From the NCBI GenBank assembly GCA_028534125.1, contig CM052838.1, positions 65,968,001 through 66,032,000 of the forward strand: a stretch of 64,000 nt of DNA. Direction: 5' to 3'. This document shows positions 63,706 through 64,000 of this stretch, piece after piece (position 1 is the stretch's first letter; each line of letters begins with the position of its first letter). The notes below the pieces were generated by a model that was not told the DNA's origin, did no database searches, and worked only from the letters and a program-made list of their open reading frames with translations. This DNA is from Lama glama (Eukaryota). The translations under genes and the position numbers were made by a program.

Positions 63706-63900
63706 TTTTCTTTTTTTTCTTTTTGAGTAAAGGTAGATTTATTCAGAGATACACATTCCGTAGGCAGCAGGCTGTCTGAGAAGGCCAGGGAATGGCCACG
63801 AGGTGCGGGGTCGGGTGCTCAGGTTAAAGGAAAAGCAGACACCTTCTGCAGTCGATGCAGGCGTCTCAGAAGGGAGAGGGCTCAGAAGGGAGAGGGCCAC
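63706..63900 (-). mobile_element. Short poly(A)-tailed retroposed element, LTR-like sequence
   Basis: Minus strand AATAAA (63738-63743), then TCTACCTTTACTC, then an A-tail; internal imperfect repeat and a 16-nt duplication CTCAGAAGGGAGAGGG. Confidence 0.55.
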
Positions 63901-63944
63901 ACGTGTTTTCAATTCTGTTTTCCTGAAAAAGCTTCTATGCTGTT

Positions 63945-64000
63945 CTTTTTTTTTTAATTGAAACTTTTTAAATTGAAGTATAGTTGATTTACAATTTTTA
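63945..64000 (-). mobile_element. LINE-1 3' end, truncated by the window edge
   Basis: T-rich run then AATTGAAGTATAGTTGATTTACAAT. Confidence 0.65.

Noticed and set aside
61146-64000. Searched for MSX3 or CALY exons expected distal to ZNF511, and for UTF1 at the window start
   Set aside because: No recognisable coding sequence; these probably lie outside the window

Overview
GC-rich mammalian DNA, almost certainly camelid (two Vic-1-type tRNA-derived SINEs), syntenic with human 10q26.3. Gene order: VENTX (+, 3 exons), MIR202 (-), a solo MER41-like ERV1 LTR, a decayed SPEF1-like gene (-), ADAM8 (-, 24 coding exons, 837 aa), TUBGCP2 (-, 17 coding exons, 906 aa) and ZNF511 (+, 6 exons, 260 aa). 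TUBGCP2 and ZNF511 share a head-to-head CpG-island promoter. Exon chains were assembled by hand from splice sites and checked for frame. Most of the supplied six-frame ORFs are artefacts of high GC content. Main oddities: (1) a 14-bp tandem duplication frameshifts VENTX exon 3 and removes the conserved C-terminus, and retention of the 67-nt intron 2 would rejoin that C-terminus without the homeodomain recognition helix; (2) a multi-exon SPEF1-like unitary pseudogene keeps a CpG island and tandem RFX X-box-like motifs about 110 bp past the ADAM8 poly(A) signals; (3) a MER41-like LTR carries a STAT6-type site; (4) a seed variant in miR-202-3p. I see no evidence of a wholly new multi-gene system. 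Ortholog and repeat-consensus comparisons are from memory and need alignment.
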